Shown here one piece after another: positions 12,328 through 26,967 of a stretch of 64,000 nt of DNA. The notes under the pieces were generated by a model. The model did not search any database, was not told the DNA's origin, and saw only the letters and a list, made by a program, of their open reading frames with translations. Position numbers and translations under genes: made by a program. Source of the stretch: Octopus vulgaris (lineage: Eukaryota). Each line of letters begins with the position of its first letter. Position 1 is the stretch's first letter. Location of the stretch: contig OX597829.1 in the NCBI GenBank assembly GCA_951406725.2, positions 38,192,001 to 38,256,000 on the forward strand. Direction: 5' to 3'.

Positions 12328-12870
12328 ACACACACACACAGACACACACAGGCACACACACACACGCGCGCGCGCGCACACACACACACGCACGCACACA
12401 CACTCACACGCACACACACACTCACACGCTCACGCACACGCACACACACTCACACGTACACACGCGCATACACACACACCCACACCCACACACACAAACT
12501 CAGAAACAGACTAACACGTATACACACAAACACAAGCATACACATACGAATGCACACAAAGACAAAAAAATACACAGGTACATGCACATACGTACAGACA
12601 GGCACACAAATACTCATATATAAACACACACGTTGAAACACTCACAGAAATACACACATGCACACAGATGCCACCTCTAACGTACATATACAAAAGGTAC
12701 ATACACGTACAAAACACGCACACATACACACACGCCCTTTCTCTTCCCTGCACACACACATAAACATGACTACACGCTGACATACATACACACAAACACA
12801 CACACACACAGATACACTCATACAGAAATACACACACATACAAACCACACACACACACACGCGCGCACAC
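12328..12870. repeat. Degenerate (CA)n/(CG)n low-complexity tract
   Basis: Directly visible. Confidence 0.9.
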
Positions 12871-13226
12871 AAACTCGAGTTGCGCAGGTGTAGGTCACGG
12901 AAAGCATCTTCAAACCTTTGACATTCTGGGTTCAAAATTCTACTCTTATAGGCCCCATGCCTAGGGATCAATAACACGGTAAATCAATAATTCAATAAGT
13001 AGCAACGATACACGAGAATTAATTCATTTAAACATAGATCCTTATCTTAAAAATAACAAAAACAAAAACAGCCACTACAGCAATAATCAATAAGGGATCA
13101 TCGATCATTGGGTAGCAAAATAATTTTTAACAAAGTCGTGGTTCATACATAGTTTTATGTAAAGAAGTTTGCTTCTAAAGCACTTTGCGTGGAACGTTGG
13201 GCAAGTGTCTTCTACTATACTCCCAA

Positions 13227-13457
13227 AGGCGGCGAGCTGGCAGAAACGTTAGCGCGCCGGGGGAAATGCTTAGCAGTATTTCGTCTGCTGTTACGTTCTG
13301 AGTTCAAATTCTGCCGAGGTCGACTTTGCCTTTCATCCTTTCGGGGTCGATAAATAAAGTACCAGTTACGCACTGGGTCGATGTAATCGACTTAATCCCT
13401 TTGTCTGTCCTTGTTTGTCCCCTCTATGTTTAGCCCCTTGTGGGCAGTAAAGAAATA
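13227..13457 (+). mobile_element. SINE family B inserted next to a family A fragment (about 13150-13222)
   Basis: Full head, core and tail; upstream GGGCAAGTGTCTTCTACTATA. Confidence 0.9.
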
Positions 13458-15149
13458 TATAGTTCCAAATCAATATTAACCACAATGACTGGCTTAATAA
13501 GCGGCTATTAAAATTATTCTGATCGTCAATTGAAGAAAGATATCTATTAGACAAAATATTATGCATCATATTAGACTACTCACAATATGAACCCATGACC
13601 ACGTGACAACGAATTTGTGTGTGAGGAGAGGGATTCTGTAATGTCAACTGGAATCTGCTGCTATTAACATTTTGTTGAACGAAACGTAAAGTGATGCAGA
13701 AAGGAACGGAAATAATTATTGTAAAGCATTTAGTCCGATGCTTCACAGGTTCTGCCAGACACACAAATCATTTACAATAATTTTCTTAACAATAACGATT
13801 AATAATTCCGTTGCTTACGTACAGATTTCTTAACGTTTCTTCAGAGGACAAAGAAATAAATCTTCTCTTTGAAGAGGATGTTGGAGAAATTTGATTCGAC
13901 AGTACCAACCTATCGAACCATTAATCAATTACAATGAACTTGCGAGCTGTTTGTCATAGAGAATTATATCGCGCTATCGCAATTAGACGAAATTGAATAT
14001 AAATCCGAATAAATCACCGACATTAATTCACTTAGAAGCTCTGTCCGCATGAGAGAAAAGAAAAGAAAAAAAAACAGGAATAAGTAAGTCGGTATAAACG
14101 TACTCAATGCAGTGAGCATGGAGCATTTGATTGGAAATAATTATGCAGCGAAGAAAATACAGCAGTAACCCAATTCGGTTTTTTTTTTCATGTGGATGGC
14201 GTCATACAGTAATTAACCTAAGTGATATAATAATTTTAAGTATGTTAATCTGACAAACGTGGCTAAGTACAGCAGTGTACGCAGGGATTCACTTATCACT
14301 ATTTTGGTAGGTATGATAACGACTAAAAAGAACGAAACATGTTCGGATTTGTCTCCCGTGCTAGGTGAAGTTATTAAAATGATATAATTCATTGAACTAA
14401 TGTTGTTTTTTCCTTACCACGCAATTAATTCTGATTAGATTTTTTGATATTCACTACATTGAACGTGTCAATTGGTTGTCAGCCAATTTATCAATATGGC
14501 CATCTGTCGTTCTCTTTTTCCAATATACTGCTTATTTTTAAAAGAGACTGAGAGAGAGAGAGAGAGTATGTGTGTGAAGAAGAGGAAAAGAGAGAAGGAG
14601 AAAGAAAGAGAGAGAGAGAGAAATAATGAGTGTGTGTGTGTGTGTGTGTGTGTGTACTTGGTTACTCGACCTACTAAAAAATAGACGAATTCTCTCTCAA
14701 ATTACATCCCGCTGAATCAAAAATGGAAAAACTGATTGGATAAGGAAGACTTATACACAATGTCCGAATAAAATGACAGGACATTGTTTGAACGTCTTTG
14801 ATTTTAGGTCTACACGATCAGGACAACAACGAGAAAGGAAAAAATAAAATAGAAAAAGAAAAAGAAAAGAGAAAAACTATCTATTTAGAATGTGAGACAG
14901 CTCCGAGCATGTTTCGTTCTTTGTAGGTGTCATCGATAAAGTATTGACTTATATATAGTACATACAGATATAGAGATGAGAAAAACCTGACCTAAATATA
15001 CCTGGTCACGTTTGACAAATTAACATATTTAAAATCAATATTTCACTTAGTTTAATTACTGTTTAATCACCCTTTCGGTGAGAGGTGACCACCCCACCCT
15101 TTCTGTGCGGACGTGAAAGCTTTCATGCCTGTAAGCCGCGTCACTTCTT

Positions 15150-15290
15150 GGAGAATGTCGGTGAAATTCGTCTCGAATGTGCAGAAGCAACTCCGCATGG
15201 AAATCACTCAAGACATTTTCGTCTGTGCAAACCATAACCTAGACTTCATGAAGGCCATCATCACTGTTGATATGACATGGGATTCTGATT
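15150..15290 (+). mobile_element. Mariner transposase fragment
   Basis: MSVKFV..QKQLRMEITQD..DFMKAIITVDMTW (compare VSAKFVP..IITGDETW). Confidence 0.65.
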
Positions 15291-15639
15291 TCTGTTGATG
15301 TGACATAGGATTTTGCCTTCGATCGTCTTTCTAGAGAGGACAAAATAAATAAAACCAATATATTAAGAGCAATTCTGTAGACAAGACTGTCTTTTTCTTT
15401 AATGACAAGTCAGCTTTGGAGAAAATCTTGATTTTCGAGATTATCTCCCTTTCTCGTACGGAGCTTTTCTTAATCTCCTGGTAATTATAACATATAGACG
15501 CGCAGATAATCTCGAAATTTTTTTCCCTCCAAAAACTAATGTCGCGTGGGCAAAATCCTTTGGACGGGAGATTACGCCACCCTTCCTACCGAAGCGTGAC
15601 AATTTTTGCGCCGGTCGGTCGCTCACTTCCTTGCTGTTA

Positions 15640-16080
15640 CACTTATAGCACAAACGTGTAGTGTGCACCCGTCGGATTTTCGCTATCTCGCAAGATGACC
15701 GAACAACAAATTCGAGCTGAGATAAGAGATATAGCACCAAGTTTTGCCAAAAGCTTGGTGATATTCAAACTCAAACTATCAAAAAGATTCAGCAGGCCTT
15801 TGGCGAGATGCCATGGGAAAAACTCAGATTAAAGAATGATACAACCACTTCAAACATGGCCGCTTCACAGTGGAGAGCAAGGTACGCTCAAAAAGGGCAT
15901 CAACAAGCCGAAACGAGGAGCCGATTGAGAAAATCCAATGAATAGTCATAGAAAATCGTCGTGTTACAATCCGGGAATTTGCCCACGAAGTGGAAAATAG
16001 GTACAGATTCAGTTTTGCCCACGCGCCATTAGTTTTGCCAGAAAAAAATAATTTGCATGCTTTTTGAACGCATCCCGTAT
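15640..16080 (+). mobile_element. Mariner N-terminal HTH transposase fossil, internally deleted
   Basis: KFCQKLGDIQTQTIKKIQQAFG..KTQIKE*YNHFKHGRFTVES..ENRRVTIREFAHEVE; TIR-like end TTTTTGAACGCATCCCGTA. Confidence 0.75.
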
Positions 16081-16264
16081 GCTGTATGCAATTTCATATA
16101 CTCGTATTTGTCTATGTTGGTTATATACATGCCACTAGACATTCTTACTTCTCATTGCTCACTTTTGTTCAGTACATATATATACATACACATACACACA
16201 TTTATATATACACACATACAAACTTACCTCCCTCCCTCATTCGCTACCTCCCTCCCTCATTCGC

Positions 16265-16485
16265 TACCTACCTACCTACCTACCTACCTACCTACCTACC
16301 TACCTACCTACCTACCTACCTACCTACCTACCTACCTACCTACTTACCTATCTACCTACCTACCTACCTACCTACCTACCTACCTACCTACCTACCTACC
16401 TACATACATACATACATACATATATATATGCATATATACATACATATATACATATATATATACATACATATACAGATATATATAC

Positions 16486-16519
<34 letters not shown>

Positions 16520-16520
16520 T
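16265..16520. repeat. (TACC)n/(TACA)n/(TA)n microsatellite
   Basis: Directly visible. Confidence 0.95.
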
Positions 16521-17229
16521 CATACACACTCACATACACACATATGTAACCTGGTTACGTGACAAGCTAATGTATACGTTTGTATGTATGTGTATGGACG
16601 CGCTTGTGCGTAAGCTAGTACTTGTATGTATATCAAGCTAGTGTGTGCATGTGTATGTGTGTGCGTGTGTATAGGGCTATCAGATGTGCGCGTGTGTGCA
16701 TGTGCACGTCCATGTGTATACACGTACAAACGCACACACTAGCTTCATAAACACGCGCGATTGCACACACTTACTCATACATGTCTGGTAGATTTATACA
16801 CACACATGTATCAGGTAGCCCTATTCACATACACGCGCCTGTACACAATACACACAACACACAGAATATACACACACACATTAACTTCGTACATACGTAC
16901 GTATCTGCTTTCTCACAAACTGGCACATTCATACATACACATATACAGTGCATACTATCTTCACACACACGTGCTAGTTTACACACACACGCCCATACAC
17001 ACATACATACGCACACATTAGTTTCATACTCGCACATGTGCTTGCTCACAAACATATATGCCACATCATTTTTGACTCCCTTACCACCCATGCTTCAAGC
17101 CTACTTCAAAGTTATCTCCCATGCCTCAAACGCCTCTAACACCCTCTTCCTCTACCGGTCAGTTCAGCATGTGGTGACTATCTATCTGAGACACGTTTGT
17201 TCCTTTCTTTCTCTATTTCTTTTCTCACT

Positions 17230-17626
17230 CTGAGCGACGAAACCGTTCTGCACGCATTCGTGCAGTGTCCAACCATATTCTTCTTATGTCGAACGGCTGT
17301 TGTCTCGTGTGGCACGAGTCCGCCTGTCAGCCGAGTCTATCGTGACAATTGCTCAGTCACCTTCCCTCAACTGGGAAGGCAAGGCAGTCTTCATCGTACT
17401 GGTGGCCATAGTGAAAGAATGGGTGTGGTGGACTCGAGCGAAAGGATTAGAGACAAACACTTACCTGTCTGGCCAATCGCACGTCAACTTTTTCAACTAC
17501 CACTTGAAAAAGAAGGTGAGAATGGAGAGACAGGTTTTGTCTTGTGAAAGTTTCAAAAAAATGGTGGGGTAATGTAGCAAAGATGGTGCGTGCGAGTGAC
17601 GAAACCACTTTGAGCATGATCCTGTA

Positions 17627-17699
<73 letters not shown>

Positions 17700-17936
17700 T
17701 TTGATCTCCTGTGTTTATTCCTTCCCTGCCTGAGGTTACCGAGATCTTTTCTTTCCACGGATAACCTAATCGTGCTTTTTAAACTTAATTTTTTCTATGA
17801 TACACGATCCCTTTTGATCGTTTTTTTTCTTCACGAAAAATCGGAATTTTATTTTTTTCCTTTTATTTATTTTCGAAAAGAAAAGTTCTACATTGTATTT
17901 TGTGCCCTGTGTGGCTAATAAAGTTATCTATCTATC
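17230..17936 (+). mobile_element. Older 5'-truncated Tx1/L1-clade LINE 3' end, (GA)n in 3'UTR
   Basis: SDETVLHAFVQCP..FFNYHLKKKVRMERQVLS, paralogous to 18900-19300; ends TGTGGCTAATAAAG-(TATC)n. Confidence 0.85.
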
Positions 17937-17940
17937 TCAT

Positions 17941-19730
17941 AGTGTCTAGCCACGAGCACATCGAGCAGGTCGGCGAGACACTGAAAAACTACGAAGCGGT
18001 GACAGGAGCAAAAATCAACCGGGAAAAGTCAGTGGGCTTGCGACTAGGCACCTGGAGAAGCAAGCCCATGCCGTCCACCAGCGCCTCCGTCGTGGGACGC
18101 TGGACCGACGATCCGGTCGAGTTGCTCGGGGTCTGGTTTGGTCCGGACCTCCAAATGGAGAAGAACTGGAACGAGATAACGAGTAGGGTGGTCACTCTAG
18201 CCCGGCAATGGGCCGAGAGGAAACTGTCCCTAAAAGGTTGGGCAGAGGTGGCGAACACGTACATCGCGTCCGTCATCTACTACCGCCTGACCGTCGTGCC
18301 TTGTCCCGACCCTACCATCACCAAACTAGAACGCATTCTCTTTCGCTTCTTGTGGAAAGGATGCGTCCCGATGGTCAGGTGATCCATTTGCTGTCAACAC
18401 CCGTTAAAAGGAGGACTGGGCATGCCGTGGTTGATGATGCGCAGACACGCGCTGAGACTGCGACATCTCAGGCTCTTCGTAGACGACGGTGAACAGGTGT
18501 GGTTGCCGTTTGTGAAGCACGCTTGCCCGCGGCTCGTCTCCATGACCGAACTGCAATCGTGGATCAAAAAGAGGCCGAGGAAGGGCGAATGGCACCGCGA
18601 GTGTCGCGTTGCTCTCAAGCAACTATGCCATCCTGGGTCAACCTTGAGTGACTCTATCACAACCAAAGCATTCTATAGGGGATTAGTGGAGGGGAGGTAC
18701 GACGACGAGCTCGGGGCGAACCTGGACGTCGACGAGGAATACCTGACCCGCCTGTTCGGGACGACTTTCGGGCCAGGGCCCATGGACAACTTCCAGAGAT
18801 CCCTGGCTTGGCAGTGCTACCGAGAAGCGCTACCCGTTCGGGATAAGCTCTACAGACACGGCTCGAGAAACACGGGGCCGACCTGCCCGAGATGCAGTCA
18901 GAGCGACGAAACCGCTCTGTACACACTCGTGCAGTGTCCAACAATTTCCGACCTGTGGGCTTATGTCGAACAACTGCTGTCACGTGTAGGACGAGTCGGT
19001 TTATCAGCTGAGTATATCGTCAATATTGTCACGCCTCCTTCCTTCAAACGGGAAAGAAGAGCTATTTTCATCACCCTTGTGGCTATGGCGAAAGAATGTA
19101 TCTGGTGGACGCGTCTGAAAGGATTGGAGACAAACACTTTCCTCTCTGGTCAATCTCTCATCAACTTCTTCAAGTACCACTTGAAAAGGAAAGTTAGAGT
19201 AGAGAGGCAAGTTTTGTCTAGCGAATGTTTTAAAAAAAGATGGGTGAATGTAGCAAGGATGGCACGTATGAATGACGAAGCCACCTTGAGCATAATCCTA
19301 TGAACCCAGAAATTGAAAACAGAGGGTTACCCACTTGCAAACAAATGTGGTAACATATAACAATATTGACCAAGGTTACCGTGGTCTTTTTCGTAGGCTT
19401 TTCTTCCCACGGATAAACCTTACTTGCTTTCCCCTTTACACCATACATTATGACATGATCCCTATTGATCGTTTTTTTCCTCTTTTTTCTTCTTTTTTCA
19501 TTTTTCTTTTCTTTTGTTCCTCTTCCTTTTTTTCTTTTCGTTTTTTTTGTTCTTTTTTCCCTTTTACGATCCGTTTTGATCGAAAACCTACACCACCTTT
19601 CTTTTTTTGTTTCTTTTGTTTTTTTGTCTTTTGTTTTTTGTCTTTTGTTTTTTTTTCATCCCCCAAAAGAAAAGCTCTACCTTGTAACTTGTCCCATCTG
19701 TGTGCAGCCGTGTGTGGCCAATAAAGAAAC

Positions 19731-19732
<2 letters not shown>
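17941..19732 (+). mobile_element. Young 5'-truncated Tx1/L1-clade LINE (RT C-terminus, zf-RVT, 3'UTR)
   Basis: GAKINREKS..LLGVWFG..WAERKLSLKG..NTYIAS; WQCYREALPVRDKL..CPRC..ET...LVQC; ORFs 17900-18382 and 18422-19303 share a frame and are split by one TGA; T-rich 3'UTR, AATAAA, then (TATC)n. Confidence 0.92.
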
Positions 19733-19804
<72 letters not shown>

Positions 19805-19846
19805 GATCTATCTATCTATCTCTGAATCCACTTCTCTGAATCCACT

Positions 19847-19909
<63 letters not shown>

Positions 19910-20328
19910 CCTGTACACACATATATACTCACATATATATTCACATATATATGTATAACACACACGCACACGTACACACACACTCACACATGCACGCGCA
20001 CACGCACACACACACACACACACTCACACACGCACACGCTCACGCAGAGATTCGCATAGTAACAGTACTAAAATGTAATGTTCGTTGCCACTGATACGTA
20101 GTTGTTCTTTCTATGCGGAACATATTACATTTTAACCTCAGGGAAACATCTTTTCCTGTATATATATATATATACGTGTGTGCGTGTGTGTAGTTAATTA
20201 AAAAAAAACGGAGAAAAAAAGCAAGGAAAAACAACGTGAGGACGAAGCACATGTAAAGTTTTAATAAGATGCTCAGAGAAATATAATATACACACACAAA
20301 AACATATATGAGAGAAAGAGAGAGGGAA

Positions 20329-20359
<31 letters not shown>

Positions 20360-20407
20360 AAGAGAGAGAGAGGGAGAGAGAGAAAAAGAGAGGGAGAGGG
20401 AGATGAG

Positions 20408-20563
20408 AAAGGAATAAACGATTATCTTATGAACTTTATTAGCTTACAGCTGTTTCGTTTATAAAATGTGGTAGACTCATAGTTGAGTAACAAGCACACA
20501 AGAATGAGTCCACAGAAACAGCTGTAAGCTAATGAGGTTCATAAAATAATCGGTTATTCCTTT
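20408..20563. repeat. Fold-back inverted repeat with outward-facing hammerhead halves (GAAACAGCTGTA)
   Basis: GATTATCTTATGAACTTTATTAGCTTACAGCTGTTTC ... GAAACAGCTGTAAGCTAATGAGGTTCATAAAATAATC. Confidence 0.8.
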
Positions 20564-21094
20564 GTCCTCTTATCTTCTTATTACTGCTCTGTACTTAACT
20601 AACGCTTCGTTGAGAAACATACGTATATTGAGTTCTACAACGAAATACATACATACATACATACATACATACAAACAAACATAAATACATACATACACAC
20701 AAGCATGCATGTATACATACATACATCCATAGATACATCAATACATCCATCCATACATACATACATCCATACATACATATATACGTACATACAAACATAC
20801 ATAATACATACATATACACATACATACATACATACATACATACATACATACATACATACATACATACATACATACATACATACAAGCATAATCCATCCAA
20901 CCATCCATACAGACAAACTTACATACATACATATATAGATACATACATATTTTTTTTTTTTTTTAGTTTCAGCTCAGAGCTGCGGCCATGCTGATGCACC
21001 GCCGTACAGAAAATAAACAGAAAGAGAACAAAAAACTTGTGAATTTAGCGATCAAGCATAGCGACTAGTTGAGAAAAAAGGTATATATGTATAT

Positions 21095-21276
21095 ACGTGT
21101 TACGTTCGAAACACGCATGGAGTCGAACCGGGGACAGCTGATGAAGGGGAATGTTCCTTGTGTTGTTTGTCTTGTGCTCTGTTTTTTCGTTGTTAAAAAA
21201 AAAAGTCCGTTTCCATGTTTTTATGTTTTCGTTTCTCGTTGAGTTCTACGTCTATTTGTGGTGTCCTGTACTCATA

Positions 21277-21285
<9 letters not shown>
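21095..21285 (+). mobile_element. Truncated non-coding element with GAAA-first hammerhead-like core, ending in (TA)n
   Basis: TTCGAAAC..CAGCTGATGAAGGGG then a T-rich tail ending GTGTCCTGTACTCATATAT; homologous to 25620-25810. Confidence 0.7.
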
Positions 21286-21325
<40 letters not shown>

Positions 21326-21442
21326 TATTATTAAAGCTGAAAAAATATCACAGATATATCAGAATGAACTACTACTCAGAAATTCACGTTCCCGCTCGTC
21401 GGACAGTCGTGATTGAGAATGTTTGTGAGAGGGTGTGCGTGC

Positions 21443-21532
<90 letters not shown>

Positions 21533-21535
21533 TAT

Positions 21536-21703
21536 ATCACTGTGACCGTGACCGACTAGGCTATCAGATGTTGCTACACATCGCTGATCACAATGCGCTT
21601 CGCATTGTTTTAGCCTTCAAATGACGCCACCCTGCTGGCTAAGTGAGCAGAAGAAAGAGTGAGAGAAAGTTGCGGCGAAAGAGTACAGCAGGGATCGCCA
21701 CCA
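21536..21703 (-). mobile_element. SINE family C 3' part (tail variant 1)
   Basis: TCACTGTGACCGTGACCGACTAGGCTATCAGATGTTGCTACAC..; matches the 24850 copy. Confidence 0.85.
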
Positions 21704-22061
21704 TGTATATATTTGGTTGGTACAGGCATGATATTATGGTTAAAAAGTTCGCTTGCTACCACGTGGTTTCTGGTTTGTCCCTACTGCGCATCACTTACCA
21801 TAACCTCGGTTACTAAAAGCCATGTAGTGGAATTTGGTAGACGGAAATCGTTTTGAGGAATCTTCCTATTCGTCGCTGGCAGAAGCCTTCCTGTTACATT
21901 CATTGTTTAACAATTACCTTCATTTGGTCGTTTATTATCTTTGTTGGAATCAATGCTGTTGCGAACATTAAGAACCAAGTCTTCGATCTGAGGACATCTT
22001 CGTCATTACTTTCAGCTAAGTTTGGAAATCCTGAAGAGGGTTATTAACTTTCTCCTCTGAG

Positions 22062-22335
<274 letters not shown>

Positions 22336-22822
22336 TCCGTCGCAGAACTCTAATGTGAAATACAAATCGAAAGATATAAACTGAACGCTTAGTTGCATTC
22401 TTACGTTAAAATATTTCAGTGTTTCGCTTCACAAACGACACAGACCAAGATTTACTGAAAAATCAAAGTGTATTCGTGATTGGAGTGAAGTGGGGTGGTG
22501 GGGGGGGGGGTATTTCGACGCCCAGAAAAACTCATTTACGTTTTGACAAACACATACACACAAAACAAAATACCAAAAAAAAAACCCAAAGAAACCCCCC
22601 CAAAAAAAACAAAAAGGGTCGTTCTTCTTTTCTTTATGTTATTTTAGATTTTCGTTTGATTATATTGGTGTGGATTTATTCAAAGCAATTTTCTTGAAAA
22701 AATTTTTCAAATTTGCATTTTGAAAAAGATTATGCTTTCTCACTTTTCAACTCTTGTGTTGCTTCTTTTTTTTTTTTTCTAATTTAAATTACATGGATCA
22801 GAGGATGGTTTGCATTTGTGTG

Positions 22823-22854
<32 letters not shown>

Positions 22855-23481
22855 TGTGTGTGTGTGTGTGTATGCTTTTGTGTACTTGTCTGCGTGTGCT
22901 TGTGTGTCATCATATTTGTTTTCACACCATTTGAAGACATGTTCACCCCACCCCCACTCACACCTTCCTACAGAGAGAGGAAGAGAGAGAGAGAAGGAGA
23001 GAGAGAGAGAGAGAGAGCAAGAGGGAGGGAGGGAAAAAGCGAGAAAAGAGCGAGAAGGCAAGGGAGAGCACCTCTCTCTTTCTCTCTCTCCCCCTCTCTC
23101 TCTCTCTCTCTCTCTCTTAAACGTAGGTCCTAACTCTTTTATGTTTTTGTTTTTCATAGTTACTCTCTCTCTTTCACACAAACACAGAAGGCTACGTATT
23201 CTCTTCTTTTATTCTATTGTTCACTCTCTTTGCCCGCTCCTCTCTCTCCTTCTCCCTCTCTCTCTCTGCTTTACACACGCACATTTTTTCTTGCATTCTT
23301 GCACTCATACTCTTTCCCTTTACACTTTCTTTCTCTGCTCGCATCCCTCACTCTCTCTCTCTCTCTCTCTCTCTCACTTTCTCTTTCTCTTTCTCTTTCT
23401 CACCTGTCTCACCTTCAAAGTCGTTTAATATGTATTTCCTAGCTTTAAGGAATATCAAAATGAAAGCTTATAATTAACAAA

Positions 23482-23650
23482 TTCTTCTTCTTCTTCTTCT
23501 TCTTCTTCTTCTTCTTCTTCTTCTTCTTCTTCTTCTTCTTCTTCTTCTTCTTCTTCTTCTTCTTCTTCTTCTTCTTCTTCTTCTTCTTCTTCTTCTTCTT
23601 CTTCTTCTTCTTCTTCTTCTTCTTCTTCTTCTTCTTCTTCTTCTTCTTCT
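23482..23650. repeat. (TTC)n microsatellite
   Basis: Directly visible. Confidence 0.97.
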
Positions 23651-24140
23651 AATTAGAAGGCCGCGAAAAGATTTTTTTTAGTGGCTCTTAAGCTAATTTC
23701 TAGTTAGGAAAGCTACGCGAAATTTTACTTGTGACGAGAAGGCAGGAGGCAGGAATAAAATTGCAAATTGTAATTTACACTATAGAGCAAAGCTTTGCCA
23801 CGACAGCCGATTAAAAATAATAAAAAAAAAAGAAGAAAAAAAAAAGTAAGGAAGAAAGTAAGAAAGACAGAGTAATGGACATTACTATAACTCGATACCA
23901 CTCCATTGGTGTCGGCACAGCTTAGCTGCAGGGAAAAAGGAGCATTTTTGTATTCAAAGACATAATTACTTTGCGAATTGCTGAATGGACCCGTTTATTG
24001 TTGTTGTTGTTGTTGTTGTTACCTTTATTGTTGGTTTTGTTATTAAATGGAGAGAGAATGAGAAATATTACCTTGGAGTGAAAACGACTTCAGACAACAA
24101 GATATATATATATATATATATATATTTATATGTATGTATG

Positions 24141-24171
<31 letters not shown>

Positions 24172-24208
24172 GTATGTATGTATATATATATATATGTATG
24201 TATGTATG

Positions 24209-24250
<42 letters not shown>

Positions 24251-24263
24251 TTATGTATGTATG

Positions 24264-24339
<76 letters not shown>

Positions 24340-24846
24340 AGTGTATATGTGTATTTATACACACACACACGCACACACACACACATATATACAAAGAGAG
24401 AAAGAGAGAAAGGGGGAGAGAGAGAGAGTGGGGGAAATATAAAGATACAGTTTGGCAATCAGGTAAGATAGATTGGTAGGAGAGGGTGAGGAAACAAAGA
24501 AATAGAAGAAACTACGAGACACTAGGTACTTAGGCTATTAAGATGTCAGACAGATGTACTCACACACAAACACACACACAAACTTGTTACTAATTCAAAA
24601 ATTTGCTTGAGGTTTTCGAACCTTTATGAAAGTCATTCACTATATTTTGTCATGGAGAAAAATTTCTTGCTGTAGACCGAAAGGTGTAAACACACCGAGT
24701 CAGTTCCCAGTAACCTCTAATCAAACGGTGGAATGCATTTTTCCCGGAGTGGTTATCTCCTCTTCAGCAACTTAGAAAGGCAGAAAGGCAGACGTTACGA
24801 ACTGATATAAGAGATAAGTCTCTTTTATGATGATATTCCCGTCATC

Positions 24847-25152
24847 GCTCAATGAGTGGTCGCGCTATTCAGCGGTCTCGCGGTCATAGGATCGTGGTTG
24901 GTTTCGATTCTCAGACCGGGTGTTGTGAGTGTTTATTGAGCGAAAACACCTAAAGTTCCACGAGGCTCCGGCAGGTGTGTGTGTGTGTGGAAATCCCTGC
25001 TGTACTCTTTCGCCACAACTTTCTCTCACTCTTTCTTCTGTTGACCTGCTCACTTAGCCAGCGGGGTGGCGTCATTTGAAGGCTAAAGCAATGCAAAGCG
25101 CATTGTGATCAGCGATGTGTAGCAACATCTGATAGCCTAGTCGGTCACGTAA
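24847..25152 (+). mobile_element. SINE family C full length (tail variant 1)
   Basis: Head ..CAGCGGTCTCGCGGTCATAGGATCGTGG..TTCGATTCTC; tail GAAGGCTAAAGCAATGC..AGTCGGTCACGT. Confidence 0.88.
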
Positions 25153-25169
25153 TTACATGACCACAAGCA

Positions 25170-25877
25170 CACACACACACGTGTGTGTATGGCTTTCCTT
25201 TTCTTCTACCTTACTATCTCTCCCTCTCTCTCTCTCATTCTTCATTCTTTTCTCTACAACTATTCCCTTTTTTCTCTCCCTTTCTCTTACTCCTCCTCTT
25301 CCCTCCCGTCGTTGTCCCGCAACGAGAACTCTGCTACTGTCTTTCTTCTCCTGGCTACCTTCAAGTAGAGACGGCACATCTGTTGCTCCCTCGCCGTTCT
25401 CAAAAAATAGCGTTCGTAAAAATATTTATCTCGTTCGGCTTAACAGCCCTTCTTGTTTGTGTTACTGTTATTCTCCGCGTCCTGTCTTTTACTGTTTATA
25501 TTTTGTACTGTCGTTACTGTCCTGTTTTTGTTACCATTTTTACCACTCCGCAAAAAAATCTCAAATTTTATTTAATTTGATTTTCGCGGGAAGGAAAATT
25601 TCATTGAAGACATGTATCGCCTTGACCTTCGAAACGTGGAGTAGATGAAACAAAGGCGACTGAAGAAGGGGAATTTTCCTTGTTTTGTATGTCCTGCACT
25701 CTATTTTTTCGTTGTTTAAGAAAAATGTCCATTTCCTTGGTTTTGTGTTTGTTTTCGTTTCTCATTGTGTTCGACGTTTTTTTGGTGTCCTGTACCCATA
25801 TATGCATGTATATGTACATGTAGAGGTAGGTACGTACGTATATGTATTTATATATGCATATGTTTTATTTATTTATT

Positions 25878-25882
<5 letters not shown>
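25170..25882 (+). mobile_element. About 700-bp non-coding element with GAAA-first hammerhead-like core
   Basis: CT-rich 5' part, CCGCAAAAAA..TTTTATTTAATTTG, CCTTCGAAAC..CTGAAGAAGGGG, T-rich tail, GTACATGTAG..GGTACGTAC, (TA)n; homologous to 29835-30500(-). Confidence 0.75.
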
Positions 25883-25951
<69 letters not shown>

Positions 25952-26516
25952 ATAGATAGATATATAAAATTAAAATACACAGCAGTTTGCAAAGTTTTAT
26001 CAAAAACGAAAACTACAGTTGTCACTAAATATGACTGACAGCGTTAGAAATACCTTCATTGCTAGAAATAAGAGTTAAAATGCTCTAATGCTCATTCAAA
26101 GCACATAATTAAGTAATATATATTGTAGAAATTATGTGTACAAATAGATATATGACTGTTACTGCTTCACGTAGATTTCCATAATCCAGTCTCTTTTATG
26201 CAGAGAGGTTAATTAACTTCTATTCAAACTAGTATACCTGTTATGATCTACAGAGCAATTGTGCTTATTCTTATTTTTCACATATATGTATATGTATCTC
26301 TCTCTCTTTCTCTCTCTATTCAGACTCACATATGTATGTATGTATGCATGTATGTATGTATGTATGTATGTATGTATGTATGTGTGTATGTATGTATGTA
26401 TGTATGTATGTATGCATGCATGTATGTATGTATGTATGTATGTATGTATTGTATGTATGTATGAATGTATGTATGTATGTATGTGTGTATGTATGTATGT
26501 ATGTATGTATGTATTA

Positions 26517-26595
<79 letters not shown>

Positions 26596-26707
26596 GTATG
26601 TATCTATCTATCTATATCTATATATATGTGTGTGTGTATATATGGTAAGAGAGAAAGAGAGGGAGAGAGAAAAAGAAACATACACACACACACACACACA
26701 CATATAT

Positions 26708-26967
26708 AGGCGCAGGCGTGGGTGTGTGGTAAGTAGCTTGCTTACGAAGTGTCTTCTGCTATAGCCTCGGGCCGACCAAAGCCTTGTGAATGGATTTGGT
26801 TGACGGAAACTGAAGGAAGCCCGTTGTACATATAAATATATGTTTGCGTGTCTGTTTATCTCCTCACCATCACTTGATAACCGATGTTGTTGTGTTTACG
26901 GCCTCGGAACTTAGCGGTTCTGAAAAAGAAGCCGACAGAATAAGTACTAGCCTTACAAAGAATAAGT
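26708..26967 (+). mobile_element. SINE family A (deleted)
   Basis: GGCGCAGGCGTGGGTGTGTGGTAAGTAGCTTGC..AAGAATAAGTC. Confidence 0.85.

Noticed and set aside
14900-14940. Minus-strand TCGATGA..GAAACATG hammerhead-like match
   Set aside because: No convincing helix I or II and no UH site; likely chance or too decayed.
18380-18382. In-frame TGA as selenocysteine or readthrough
   Set aside because: The position fits an Arg codon (CGA to TGA CpG decay) in a truncated LINE, and no SECIS was recognised.
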